This document shows positions 24,751 to 36,762 of a stretch of DNA of 64,000 nucleotides, piece after piece. The DNA comes from Vicugna vicugna (Eukaryota). How positions within the stretch are numbered: position 1 is the stretch's first letter; every line of letters starts with the position of its first letter. Made by a program: the position numbers and the translations under genes. Below the pieces are notes generated by a model, which worked only from the letters and a program-made list of their open reading frames with translations, searched no databases and was not told where the DNA came from. The stretch spans positions 372,001 to 436,000 of the forward strand of contig MU058654.1 of NCBI GenBank assembly GCA_013265495.1, in the 5' to 3' direction.

Positions 24751-25879
24751 ATTTGACTGGCAAAGTATACTCTCTATGTATGTAAGTTTTTCTAAAAAGT
24801 AAAATCCCTTTCAAATAATAAAATGGGGTGCCTTATGATGGGAAAGGTAAGACAAGTCATCACAATAATAATTTTATTATGATCCAATATAAAATTGAAA
24901 AAGACACAAAGCCGGTCTGCAAAGTTGCTCTCACTCCAAGAGTATCTCCCTTCTGGCCATTTCAAAACTGCCCCAGATCTTGCTACAGTCACGTCCAGCG
25001 CAGGCCAAGCCCCCTGCCTGTCTCATCTTATGCGTTAGGAATTCTGCAGATGAGAGTTCTTGGTTCACGGAGGTGTTGATCACAGAAAATGAGTTGTTGC
25101 TCTTTGGATGTCTGCAGGCCTGCTATCTGTGCTAGAAGTTTATCCTGCTTAGAGAAAAAAAAAAAAGGAAGGAAGGAAGGACAAGACAAGAGGATGGGAC
25201 CAAATCCAAGCAGCTGTAACAAGCTAATTGGACCCTTGTGGGCCACCAGCAGGCACGAAATTAAAACAAACAGAGCCTCGCTTGTGCCCTTTCAGGACCG
25301 AACCCACCCAGGGTCTATCAGCTTTTCCCCTGCCTCCTCCCCTTCTCCCCCATTTTAAAGAACCTAATTAGGAGTCTTTCCGAAGGATCACACTTTTTAT
25401 CTAAAAAGAATAAGGTACTTTGCCTCCAAACTGGAGACACTGATAGAAGTTGGTAATTAGTATGACTTGTTAATGGAGTTTGGCTGTGATTAAGCAGTGA
25501 TGGAGGGAGAGTTTGGTGCCTGTCAGTGGGTAAGCCGGGGAGGCTGAGAGATGTGTAACGAGACACCTGTTGTTGGGGGCCCACTGGGGCTTGTTGCAGC
25601 TGACTGGCACTTGGATGCGGTGCGCTCAGCAGTAGGGGCTGGGCTGAGCCTGGCAGGTGGTTGGCATCGCAACAGAGCCTGCTGTTTCCTGCAAGTCAGG
25701 GCTGGCTGCGTTTCCTGAGCTGTCTGTCCATGGCTGCAGTCACATGTCCCCACGTGATCCAGGCTGACACTGCTCCGACTCCCAGGGGGCACTGTACCCA
25801 CCCGGCAGGAGGAAGATCCTCAGGTCCCCTGCTCCCTACCAAATACTGGGCTGGGCATGAGGCACTCGTCCAGAGTCCC

Positions 25880-25985
25880 CTGTCCCCAGTGTGTCGATGA
25901 GGACACTGACGCCAAGAGAGGTTAAAGAGTTTGCCCAAGTTCACACAGCCACCTCCAGGACCAGATGCACTGCACCCAGGGGACT
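25880..25985 (-). mobile_element. MIR fragment
   Basis: 'gatgaggacactgacgccaagagaggttaaagagtttgcccaagttcacacagc'. Confidence 0.7.
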
Positions 25986-25991
25986 CAGAGA

Positions 25992-26330
25992 CAGCACTTC
26001 TCAAACGTTAGAAGGATCCCTGGGAGCATGTTAAAATGCAGATTTGCAGATACTAACTACTAGATGTAAAATAGATAAACATGTTTCTACTGGACAGCAC
26101 AGGGAACTACATTCAGCACCTTGTAGCAGCCTCGAATGAAAAAGAATATGAAAATGAATATATGTGTGTATGCATGTATGTGTGACTGAAACTTTATGGT
26201 CTACACCAGAAATTGACACATGGTAAGCTGGGGATATTTCAATTAAAAAAATGCAGATTATGATTGAGTAGGTCTGGGGGGAGGGACCACTTTCCTGAGA
26301 GCTTCCAATCAGTGCCTGTACTTTGAATGC
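25992..26330 (+). mobile_element. MER5-type element split by an L1 insertion
   Basis: Left half 'cagcacttctcaaacg...gggagcatgttaaaatgcagatt'; right half 'atgattgagtaggtctgggg'. Confidence 0.75.
26045..26247 (+). mobile_element. Young 5'-truncated L1 with 12-bp TSD
   Basis: L1 3'UTR flanked by AAAATGCAGATT at 26033-26044 and 26248-26259. Confidence 0.9.
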
Positions 26331-28239
26331 AAAGTCTATAGGACATCTCCTTATATTTGAGTCCAACAGAGCCCATAAAAAAGAAATGTGTTATTATGCC
26401 TTTCAATTTTATGGTTAAGACATCACGCTTTTTAAGGGAGAGCGAGACGGGACATACATAGCTCTGCTAGACCTCTTCTGTGCCTCCAAGCAGAACCTGA
26501 CATTAAAGATGTTGAGGAACTCTCTACCTGGGTAGGTGGTGGAGTCGGGGCAGGTGGATCAGCCCAAAAATGCGGGGCAGACCTAAAAAGTTACAGGAGG
26601 CCCGCCTTCCGCACAAACACATTGGCAGAGCATTGCTGGGAGGGAGAAAGAGCCTTATCTTGGGGACGCTGCTCTTTCAAGGTGCTGAGGATTCAGCCAC
26701 AACCATCCACCCTCACTGCCGACCCTGCCCCCGCCTGCAGGTGCCCTGTCCAAATCCCCTTGACAAACATCACCCTTTCCAGGTCAGCGACCGGGACCCT
26801 TGGAGAAAATAGCCCTTTGTTCTTTCCCGACAGTTGTTTTGGGCTGAAGGTTGAGTCAAAACACATGTGGGAGGTCACAAAGGCACCACAGCCACCTGGG
26901 CCCGGTTCAGCTTGGGTTCAAGGGGAGGGGGCGCCAGGCCTCCACCCGACCTTCCCAGTGACTCAGATCACAGTTCAGGCCGCGTTTTTCCAGACACTCA
27001 GATGAAGCTTTTTCTGAACTCGAGAAAAAGACACACCGCCTCCAGCCAGAGTTTGGGCTGTCTTGGATCCAGTTTGTTGAGTACAGAAATTCTGAAAAGC
27101 AGAGCAATCTCAGATGCCTTCAGGTCCCAACACTAATATTAAAAACAGATAAAACTGCCGGGGTAATTGACAAAAACAAAAACAGACAAACACAAAAACA
27201 AAACAGTTTGTCTTGAATTCCATAGATGATTGAGGGTAAAAATGATTTTGTTCTGTGTTCCTCGATTGGCCAGGTAACCATCTCATGGCTTGGCTTCACT
27301 TGACCGAGGGAGACCTGGCCCAAAGGAAATACATTCTTCCATCAAGGATATTTGCCTTGTGTTAAAACGATCAGAGTGTTAATTCATTTTTCTAGAGGAA
27401 TAAAATGTTTAGCTGATGAGGGTCAAGTTCATTTCAAATTTGACAGAAAAAAATGTGTCATATTAATCACAATTTGATCTAATAAAAGGCAAGACCAAAA
27501 GAATAAACTGTTTCACAATTTTTGTAGGTGTTTTTTTGGTTTGTTTTGCATTTATACCCATGACATCAGAGGGTGAGGTGTTTATCAGGGTATTCACACA
27601 GGACATTTCCAATAGAAGAGTCTGCTTACACTTCTGGAAAGGTATGGAAGCTTCAGATCAGTCTCTCAATGGGGATTCAGTATGTTTTCTAGTGAACATG
27701 GGGACAAGGGGAGGTCAGATGCCAGAAACTTGCAAGAGCTGAAGATGTGGCTTATGGCAATGTTTTTTAGAACTGTTCAAGTTTTCAGGTACCAAAAGGT
27801 GCTATATCTTAGGGATCCCATATGAAAAAGGAATATGCAAAATGCCTTAGGATGGAGTGAATAAACAGCAGATCTGGAGACAGATGGAAATGGGAGAGAG
27901 ACCCGGTTCTGCCAAGTACTGGCTGTGTTGTCTCAGACCAAGGGCTTAAACTTCTTTGGGTCTCACTTTCTCTAATAATAATTCAGAAGCGATCATATTA
28001 TAGTGAAATACTGCTCTGATAGTTGGAGATAGGGTATGGAAAGTTCCTGGTATATGGCAGACACCGGATGGACCCTAGAGATGACTTGTGTTGATCTCCG
28101 TCCCACGTGGTACACCCCTACCAGCATTACACTGTAAACATCTCCCAGGACCAGCTTGGAGGGCGTCCTTTTAACCGCTTCACACCACACAGGTGGACTA
28201 CAGAAAACCCCAGGCAAGTGTCATCCCCTCTCACCCTGA

Positions 28240-28900
28240 CTGTTTAATCGCTTTCTAATTTATAGGTCTCTCTGATTGACTCTGGTACATTCTCTCCAAC
28301 ATCTGTTATTTACATAAAAGTCAAAATGATCCTTTTAAAATGTAAGCAAGGCCAGGTAACCCTGGCTCAAATCTAAGGGAATGACAGCCGAAGTCCTTCC
28401 ACTGACCAAGGCTCTTGCCTGATCATGCCACCATTGCCCCTTGGCCTCAATTCCCAGCACTCTCCAGCACTCCCCTGCCGGCTCACTCTGGGCAGCCTCC
28501 CTGAGCTCCACGTGGGTCCCAACGTGACCAGCTCAGCTCTCACTGCTCCCCTACACAGGATGTCCTTCCTGCTGCTCTCCACCAGGCTCACCCCCTCAGC
28601 CCAGCAGTTTTCTGCTCAAATTAGAGGGCCCTTCACAGATGATCCTCTAGAAATTTGCGATTCACCCTTCTTCCCAGGCACAGCTAACCTCCTAACCTTG
28701 CTTTATTTTCTGCCCAGCTCCGATCAGCTCTAATACATCACATCTGGTTGCTCCTGAATGGTGATATTTTGCACCCTCCCATGAGGATAAAGGCCTTGTT
28801 TGGTTCCTTGACGAATCCCAGGTGCCTAGAAGCATTACCTGATACATCATAAGAAAGATGGTGAATAAATGGATAAATGAGTGAATAAATGAATGAGTTC
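28240..28900 (+). mobile_element. L2 3' fragment with (GAAT)n-like tail
   Basis: 'atgatccttttaaaatgtaagc...cccaggtgcctagaagcattacctgatacatcat...gaataaatggataaatgagtgaataaatgaatga'. Confidence 0.75.
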
Positions 28901-30290
28901 CTAATAGTAGGCTCTACATGGCTGTTTGTTGAGTGACTAAATGGATTTGATTCTTTAGTGAGACCTGTCTTTCAATAGGAATCAGCCTCTTGCTGGGCAG
29001 AGCTGTATCTTTTGACTTCAGCATGTTCTAGTGGGAAAGGGTCAGAAAAGCCTCAGCCAAGGAGGAAAATTGAAGCCCAGAGAGGAAAATTAATCAGAGT
29101 GAGAAGAACTTGAACCCCAGGGCCAGGTGTTCTGGCCCCAGCTTGCCATGGCCTTGTTCCTGCTGGCCCTTGGCTGGGTCCACTGCTCCCTGAAGACTCC
29201 TGGGTAGAGAGTTAGGGTTCAGGAGGTACTGGCATGACTGTCTGAAGCTGGCCCCTGCTTCCGTGAATGTAGCAGGCTCCCGCATACCTCCCACCAGGAG
29301 AGGCAAGGCCTTCTTTATTCCTCAGCGCAGAAGAGTAAAAGGTGACCACCTGGAGTCATGCCCAGTAAAGCTTCTGGGCACCGCTCCGTGGAGCCTCCTT
29401 CCCGACACAGGGTTGCAATGGTTCTACAGAACCTCTGGGGACCACCTAGCCAGGAGGGAGACATTTGGGACATGACGGGATGCCCCTCCTGGTGTTTGGC
29501 CCCATGCGATTTCCATGCAGAAAGAGCCACAGGTCCTAAGGGGGCAGAGCCCAGAGCGCCCGGATGGAAAAGGCAGAGCTGCATGGAGCCCAGCCCCAGT
29601 GGAGGGAGAGCTCCCTGCCCTCCCCAGAGCAACCAGGCTTGGCGTCTGGCCGAGTGTGTGGAAGAGGCGGGCCTCCTTGGGCATCCACCAAGCTTGATTA
29701 CAGAATGAACTTGAAGCCATGGCCAAAGGGGCTTGAAGACAGCCACAGAGGCAGGAGAGTCAGGATATAAGATCGAAGCCCCCCTCCTACCCCTTGCCCT
29801 CGGGCAGGTGTGGTTAAGAGCTGCAGGAGGCCCTCAGGAGGGGTCAGCAGGATGTGGCCATGCAACAGGAAGAGCCTTGCCAATGAGCTACCTACCCAGA
29901 TGCGTGCAGTGCTGTCTGTCCCCTGGCAGCCTTGACCTGAAAAGCCTGCCCATCAGAATGCCACAGCCCATCCCCAAATGCCTGGTGATGTGGGATTATG
30001 TTTACATTAACCACATTCTGATAAACTGAGTATCTAGTTCACATTCTGGAGCGTGGGTTTAGTCATTGTCAACCAATCCTGTTGTTTCCTTCCTAAAGCT
30101 CCCAGTTGAAAAAGCCTTCAGGCTAGTACTTTCCAGGGCCATGTGCAACTGATGGACTTGCCGGTTTTATCATTAAGAGCCCCGTGCAATGTACGGAACT
30201 GGTAAAACCAAGACCTCTTGGGGTGTGGTCTTAGGCAGGCTTATGTCTGTCCAGGTGTGTAGACATCACATGATAGCACAGGACGACGTA

Positions 30291-30716
30291 CAGGCGGATC
30301 CTGCTGTGTTGTGCTTCTGGGTATTTTACCAGTTGAAGGTGTGTGGCATCCTCGCGTCGAGCAAGGTCTATTGGCACCATTTTTCCAACAGCATTTGCTC
30401 CTTTTATGTCTCTGTGTCACATTTTGGTAATCCTTGTAACATTGCTAACTTTTTCATTATTATTTCATTTGTGATCTGTGATCCGCAATCTTTCACATTA
30501 CTTCTATGACTCGCTGGAGGCTCAGATGATGTTGAGCATTTTTTAGCATTAAGGTATTTTTTAATTAAGGCAGGTACATTTTTTTAGACATAATGCTATT
30601 ACTTTATAGACTACAGTACAGTGTAACTTTTATATGCACTGAGAAAACAAAAAACCTGTGTGACTCATTTTATTATAATACTTGGTTTATTGCAATGCAT
30701 CTCCGAGGTGGGCCTG
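30291..30716. mobile_element. Internally deleted Tigger1-type TcMar element
   Basis: TA|CAGGC...CGAGGTGGGCCTG|TA termini with TA TSD; internal 'ttgaaggtgtgtggcatcctcgcgtcgagcaag...ccatttttccaacagca'. Confidence 0.85.
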
Positions 30717-30814
30717 TAATAAGCATCGTATATATTATCTAACTTAATCCTGGGTGATGGGCATGGTTCTCTTGATTTTTATAGACGAGGGAAGCTGGAG
30801 AAAATCAGTGGTTT

Positions 30815-31221
30815 TTTTCATCTGCTGGGGAGCCATAAGAAACTACCCCAGGCTGGTGGGCTCAAACAACAGAAAGTTATTTTCCCATAGTTCTGGTAGC
30901 TACAAGTCCAGGATCAAGGTGTGGGCAGATCTGGTCTCTCCTGAGGCCTCTCTCCTGGGCTTACAGACGGCCGCCTTCTTTCTGTGTCCTCACCTGGTCT
31001 GTCCTCTGTGTGTACCCATCTCTGGTGTCTCTTTGTGTATCCAGAGTTTCTCTTCTTATAAAGACACGGGTCAGATTGGGTTGCAGCCCATGCTAAGGGC
31101 CTCGGTTTAAATGAATCACCTCCTTCAAAGCCCACTCTGCAAATATAGTCACATTCTGAGGTACTGAGGGTCAGGCCTTCAACAGAGGCATTTTGCAGGG
31201 GAAGCAATTCAGGCCGTAACA
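30815..31221 (-). mobile_element. MLT1B-like MaLR solo LTR
   Basis: 'aaacaacagaaag...tctcctgaggcctctctcctgggcttacagacggccgcc...tcttataaagacac...caattcaggccgtaaca'. Confidence 0.85.
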
Positions 31222-33297
31222 GTGGTCCCGTGCTTTGGTTTGCCTGGGACACTCCGCGTAAGCTCATTGTCCTAAGGTAATTATTACAGAGCACCTTTCA
31301 CTCACAAAATTGTCCCCATTTGAATGATCAACTCACTCTACCATGACAGTAGGATTTGTAAAACATCTCAAGAAGAGAAGTTTCAACGCTGCTCTGCTCA
31401 CCCAATCTGCCTGGCCCCTCCTGCCTCTCAGATGCTTCCTTTGTACAATTCTGTGACTGCTCCCCAGGGACCTGTGCCTACCTGGCACTTTGCAGGATCT
31501 GGGTCCAGAGAGCAGAGGGGCACGGTGTCATGGTCAGTGACAGGCAGGACACACGGCTGACCGCAGCCCAGCCTAGCTTCTCCCTAGTTCAAAACAAACC
31601 ATGGCTTGTCTGGATGAACACGGGCCCCCAGATGGGTCCCCTTCTCCTTGCCCTCACTCCTTTCTTCCATTTGGGAACTTTTTACCCCAAAGAAAGCACA
31701 TTTGACTCCTGTTCTTTTGTTCCCAAAATTAAGAATGAAAGCCAGTGCATGTGTCCAGGAGGGGGCCATGGGAGTACCTGAGGGGTCCTGGTGGATGTCC
31801 CAGCCCTGGCCCTGTGCCAGCTTCCGCTGTGGTTCACTCCACGCTGCCCGCACCCACCCCCGGGGAAGGCCCCGCAGCATATGCGCTCCCCTCACCCCTC
31901 CAGCATCTTCCATGTCACACGCAGCAGGACCATTCTCTCCTGGTGTGCGTGTGCCAGGCTCCTCACTGGGACTGCTGCTCCATCATCTGACAGACTCTGC
32001 GTCTGCTGGGAGCCAGCTCAGTCTTTTGCCAGTCCATTCAGTGGAGAAGGAGAGATGGCGCCCCGCGACTACGAACTTGATGGATTTGTCCGGAGAGGGG
32101 AGGAGGGGCAACTCTGGGAAAGTCGACAAATCCCATGGGTGAGCCAAACTTTGATTACTTGACCCATGCTGTTCTAATTTATTACCGTAAAATGAAAATA
32201 ATGGCAATCGTTTCCATACAGCAAGTGCCTGCCATGTGTGAGGCTTTGTGCCAAGATCTTTAAAACCAAATTTTAATCAAACCACGTGAACCTGGGAGGT
32301 TTATCTAGAAGGCAGTTGGCAGCAAATTTGAACTCAGATCTGCCTCTCCCTCTGTAGCTCCTGCTGCCAATGGTACCTCTTTTGAGCTTTTCTGCGATCC
32401 TTGTGAAGGCCTAAATGCATTCCTAAAATAAATTCGTAATGTAACTTTTGCATTTAAAACAAAATGTCTCACTCATGTCTGTAACAAAGCATCCCCGTGG
32501 GCTTTCCAAAAAATCCTTCTTCCACCAAATATTAATACATTCTCTGCCTTCCTGCCATGACCCCCTCTTCAAACAAAGGAGGCTCTGTTGTCTTTTGCAT
32601 TAGAAATGATGGGTTGCTGACTCTCACTGTTGGAGGAATTCTCCAAGCCCGGAGTGTATTGGTGCTAGCTGGGAATTTCCAGGAAGAGAAGGCAGCGTGG
32701 AATGTTTCCCAGACTGAATACCTCATGGAACCCTTTCTCTTTCCAAGAACCTCATGGGCCTGGTTACCCGGACAACACCCTCCTGGAAAAGCTGGCCTCG
32801 TAATGCCTCAAGCTTCCATCTGGACTTCTAGGCCTTGCAATATCATTCACCATGAACATTTTCTCTTCTCTTAGGTAGTGGGTGATTTTCTACCCACGCT
32901 AGAATCTTCCTCAAACCCCGGCCCAAACTCAGGTTCTCTCTCCGTCATTCCACCCTCTGTCTTCTCCCGACTTCAAGGCCTGGGCTCAACCCCACAGACC
33001 CTCTCCCTAGTCAATAGCCCTGCTACTGCTGTAAATCTTCCTAGCTCCCCACTTAGCACCTTGTCCTCATTCTAGTTGTGTGCCCAGCACAAATGAACAC
33101 TAACCTGCCCCGCGGTGGGGGCTCCTTTGTCATCTTGAAATAGCTCTGTGCCTGCTGCTCTTCCTTCACCAGCTAGGCTGCAAGCTCCATGCAGGGCTTT
33201 TTCCTCCCTATATTTAAACCAACAGCACCTGCCGCTTACCTGGGACAATGACTCCCCCATCTCGCCATAGCCTTTCTTATCATTCTGGCTTTTTTGT

Positions 33298-33406
33298 AGG
33301 GTGACAAACTTGTCCTCATTTTTCTGAGATTTTGCCTGTTTTAGCACTAAACCTCGTAACCCAGGGACACACCTCGGGCCACCAAACCAGGATAGTTGGT
33401 CACCCA
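33298..33406. mobile_element. MER94-like hAT MITE
   Basis: TIRs AGGGTGACAAACT and AGTTGGTCACCCA around a ~110 bp body. Confidence 0.75.
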
Positions 33407-33478
33407 ACCTACCTGCTCTAGCAGGGATTAAAATTCTACATTCTGAATCTTTATTCTCTGCCTAAAATGTTTTCATCC

Positions 33479-34065
33479 TGTTAGAGCAGGCAGATAGCTA
33501 GATATGAGCAGAGAAAGGGGGGGCATGGGCCAAATGGCAGGAAACCACACATCTTGTGAACAACAGGGGTCCTTGGGCAGAAAGAGAAAAGCAGGAACCT
33601 CCAGACTGATAAGAAGTCACACATTTTAGGGTGACAGGTGTCCTGGAGGCCGACAAAGGTGGGGAAAGTCGGAAATCTCCAGTGTCCGAATGTAACCTTT
33701 GGCTCATTATGCCCTTATTTCAATGAAATGCAGATTAGAAGTACCCATCATGCACAGAGGCCATGACACTTCTGATCCAAGTTAAATAAGGACAAAAATC
33801 CCTTCTCCCCTCAGGAAGGTGGAGCTGGGATGGAAATCAGGGATTACAACCCCAAACCCTTCCCTCCTCAGTGAATAAAATCCAGCCATTCATTTTTACA
33901 CCCTATGTAACCAGCTTGTCAAAGGGCACCACTCACCTGAGTCTGCCGGCTCTCCCCTCGAGAGTGTCTTGTCCCTCGACAAATCCTCACTGTACTCTCT
34001 TGATCTCTGTGTCTAGTCATTGAATTCTTTCTGCAATGAGACAAGGATCTACTCTATGGCTGTAG
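33479..34065 (+). mobile_element. ERV1-type solo LTR
   Basis: Starts TGTTAGAGCAGGCAGATAGCTAGATATGAGC; U5-like end 'tgaattctttctgcaatgagacaaggatctactct'. 3' boundary uncertain. Confidence 0.65.
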
Positions 34066-36534
34066 GAAAGGCCCATGGTTGGCCTTTCAAGGCTTCTCTC
34101 TCATCAGACATGCCTTTATCACATTTCTGATCATATGCCACTCTCTTGCTCAGTCTAGCCAAGTCTCAGCCTAGTACCTTAGCTGATCGCCCACTGACTC
34201 GCGGTCTAGTTCTCAGTACAGCTGTCTCCCTCGGGGAGATTCTGAAGGGCAAGGCCCTGTGATGCACATCATGCATCCCTCCCACACCCAGCATCATTCT
34301 TCACACCAGAGGTTCATCAGTGGGCAGAATTTACTGATGGATCAACAGGTTCTGATCCTAAGGCAGGCCAAACCTAGGGAAGGCTGAAGTCCAGGCAGGT
34401 GCACAGTGGAGAATCTGGGGCTGACTGCACTCATTCCACTCCAGGTTAGAAAGCTCAGTAAATGATACTAAAATCTTCAACTGGCAGAGCACCCCGCTCC
34501 TCTGTGCAACGTGGAAGGCTGCCTATAACCCACGAGATGCGTGTTTGTTTCTTCCTGGAGACAGACCCCGGGCTTTGCTGATTTCTGCACGTAAGAGTTT
34601 GCAGCACTGCAGAATGCCCCCCGGGAATGGAAGACAGTCACCGTGCAGCTCTGCCAGGTCGTTCAGAATAGTTATCATTATCCACGCTGCTCAGGAAATT
34701 GCATATTTTTTTAAATGAATATAAAGTCGAAAAGGAATTTTGACAAGTCAGATTCACCAAAGCCAGAGTAGGCTGCCCTGACTTGAGCTGTCAGTAGGGT
34801 GTGAGGGAAGACACTGGGAGATTAACACCCTTTCACAGTGACCCAGCTGTTCTCTTGAAGGTGATAACATGCAATCAGGCGGAAGATGACGAGCAAAAGT
34901 GAGGGAGGCTGGGGTGTGCAATGTGGAGCTTTCAAATCTAAGGATCTGGCCAAGCTCCTACTTATTTTTCCCCAAAACGACAGTGTTTTTTGTTTTTTGT
35001 TTTTTTTAATCTGAGTACCATTGTTTTCCAACTGACAAGTACAAGAAAGGAAGTCATTCGCTGAGTTTTTTCTTCCTGTTATAATATGCTGAGTTTTCAG
35101 GAAGCCGCTGAACAAAAGGAAGCTGCTGTCTCTAGGAAGCTCTAGAGACAAAATCTCTTTCTCTCTCTGTCTCTCTCCATATGTATGTGTGTATATATGT
35201 ATAATACATATTTATGTTCATTGTTTTTTATTATGCTATTTATATTATACCTATTACTCAGTGCATATTTATTATTTAACTATATATACATACATGTGTA
35301 AAGAGAGAGGTGGAGACCAGTGCCCAGCCAATTACATCCAATTACCAAGAAATGTGCACACGCTGCTCCCCTAATGTCAGTATTCCTCTGAAGTCACAGG
35401 CGAGTTGAACTAAAGTCAAATGTTTAGCTGCCTTCTCATAAGCCAGCTAAACAACTCAGTAAGAGGAAGGACTTATATTTCCAGGACCCTGCTGTGTTTT
35501 TCTGGTCAAACGGAGTTAGAATAAATATGCGAGGCTCCAATGTCACTCTTACAGTTGGCATAAACATAGGGACTGGTTTGGGCATCAGCGTTCCCAATAT
35601 TTAGCAACTCCGTGTACTCCAGAACTCAATATTGGTGTTTCTCCAGCTTTCAACATCACTGTCAATTCTTTAAATGGTTTGCAGGCTTCATGCATCTAGT
35701 GATGTCAATGGCAAAATCAAAGTCTCCCTGCTCACACATCTGTCCTCCCAGAAAATATGGACTTAACCTGTCCCCATTCCCATTAAGCTGTAGAAAGCAT
35801 ATTCAGGCATTCCGAAGATTGGAGATAGTTCTCCTTGGTCTACAATGACTGCCCTAAATGGACAATGTGAAGCTTTTTTTTTTTCCAAGTTTAATGTCAG
35901 GTAACAAAGAATAGGGGAAATACTGGAAAATTAAAAAGCAATTAAAAAAAAATAAGGCAAAGAGTAGAATAAATAATATGAGCAGGAAATATACAGTGGC
36001 CTGTCTTTTGACTCTTTCTTCACGGTTTTCTTAAAGCTCTTATCACCCATGTTTCAAACAAGCACTTGTTCTATAAGATGGAATCTACATCTTCCCTTGG
36101 GCAAAGCTGAGAACTCTGTTATGGATCTCCAAAAACATCGACACAGTGCTTTAGTAAATTAACCATTAGCTAGTATAAATAATTCTAAAATATAAGATGA
36201 AGTAAATAAAAGCAAATTAGCTTTTTTTTTAATAGCAGGAGGAAGATTAGACAGAAATGCCCAAAAAGCAAAGAATCAAGTACCTTCTTGGTGTCTAGCC
36301 TCTGATTTTGCTCCAGGCTCGCTCTGTGAACATAAACAATTCAGGCTGTCTCCTGGAGATGCAATTTTCACACAAGTACACTGGTGGAATTAGACAGACC
36401 GGGTGAACTTTAAGGTCCCTTACGGCCCTAAGGGACCGTCTATAAGGAAAAAAAGAAATAGGAGTCAATTAAATAGAATTAATTAGCATATTATTTTCTC
36501 TTATAGATTGCTATCCAGTCTTAGAACTATAGAA

Positions 36535-36762
36535 GTTTTTAAATTGACATATAGTTGATTTACAATGTGGTGTTAATTTCTGGTATAAGGCATAGTAATT
36601 CATTTATATATATATATATGTATATATATATTAATATATATATATTATGTGTATATATATATTCCTTTTCTATAGTATTTTTCAATATAGGCCATTACAA
36701 GGTATTAAATATAGTTCCCTGTGCTATACAGTAGGACTTTGTTGTTTATTTTATATATAGTA
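36535..36762 (-). mobile_element. Young L1 3' end with internal (TA)n
   Basis: 'tatagttgatttacaatgtggtgttaatttctggt...atagttccctgtgctatacagtagg'. Confidence 0.85.

Noticed and set aside
29094..30029. Cluster of overlapping ORFs on both strands
   Set aside because: Expected in GC-rich DNA; the peptides look random and no frame is preferred.
31648..32162. 164-aa and overlapping ORFs
   Set aside because: GC-rich sequence open in several frames, with no domain, no exon structure and mostly non-ATG starts.
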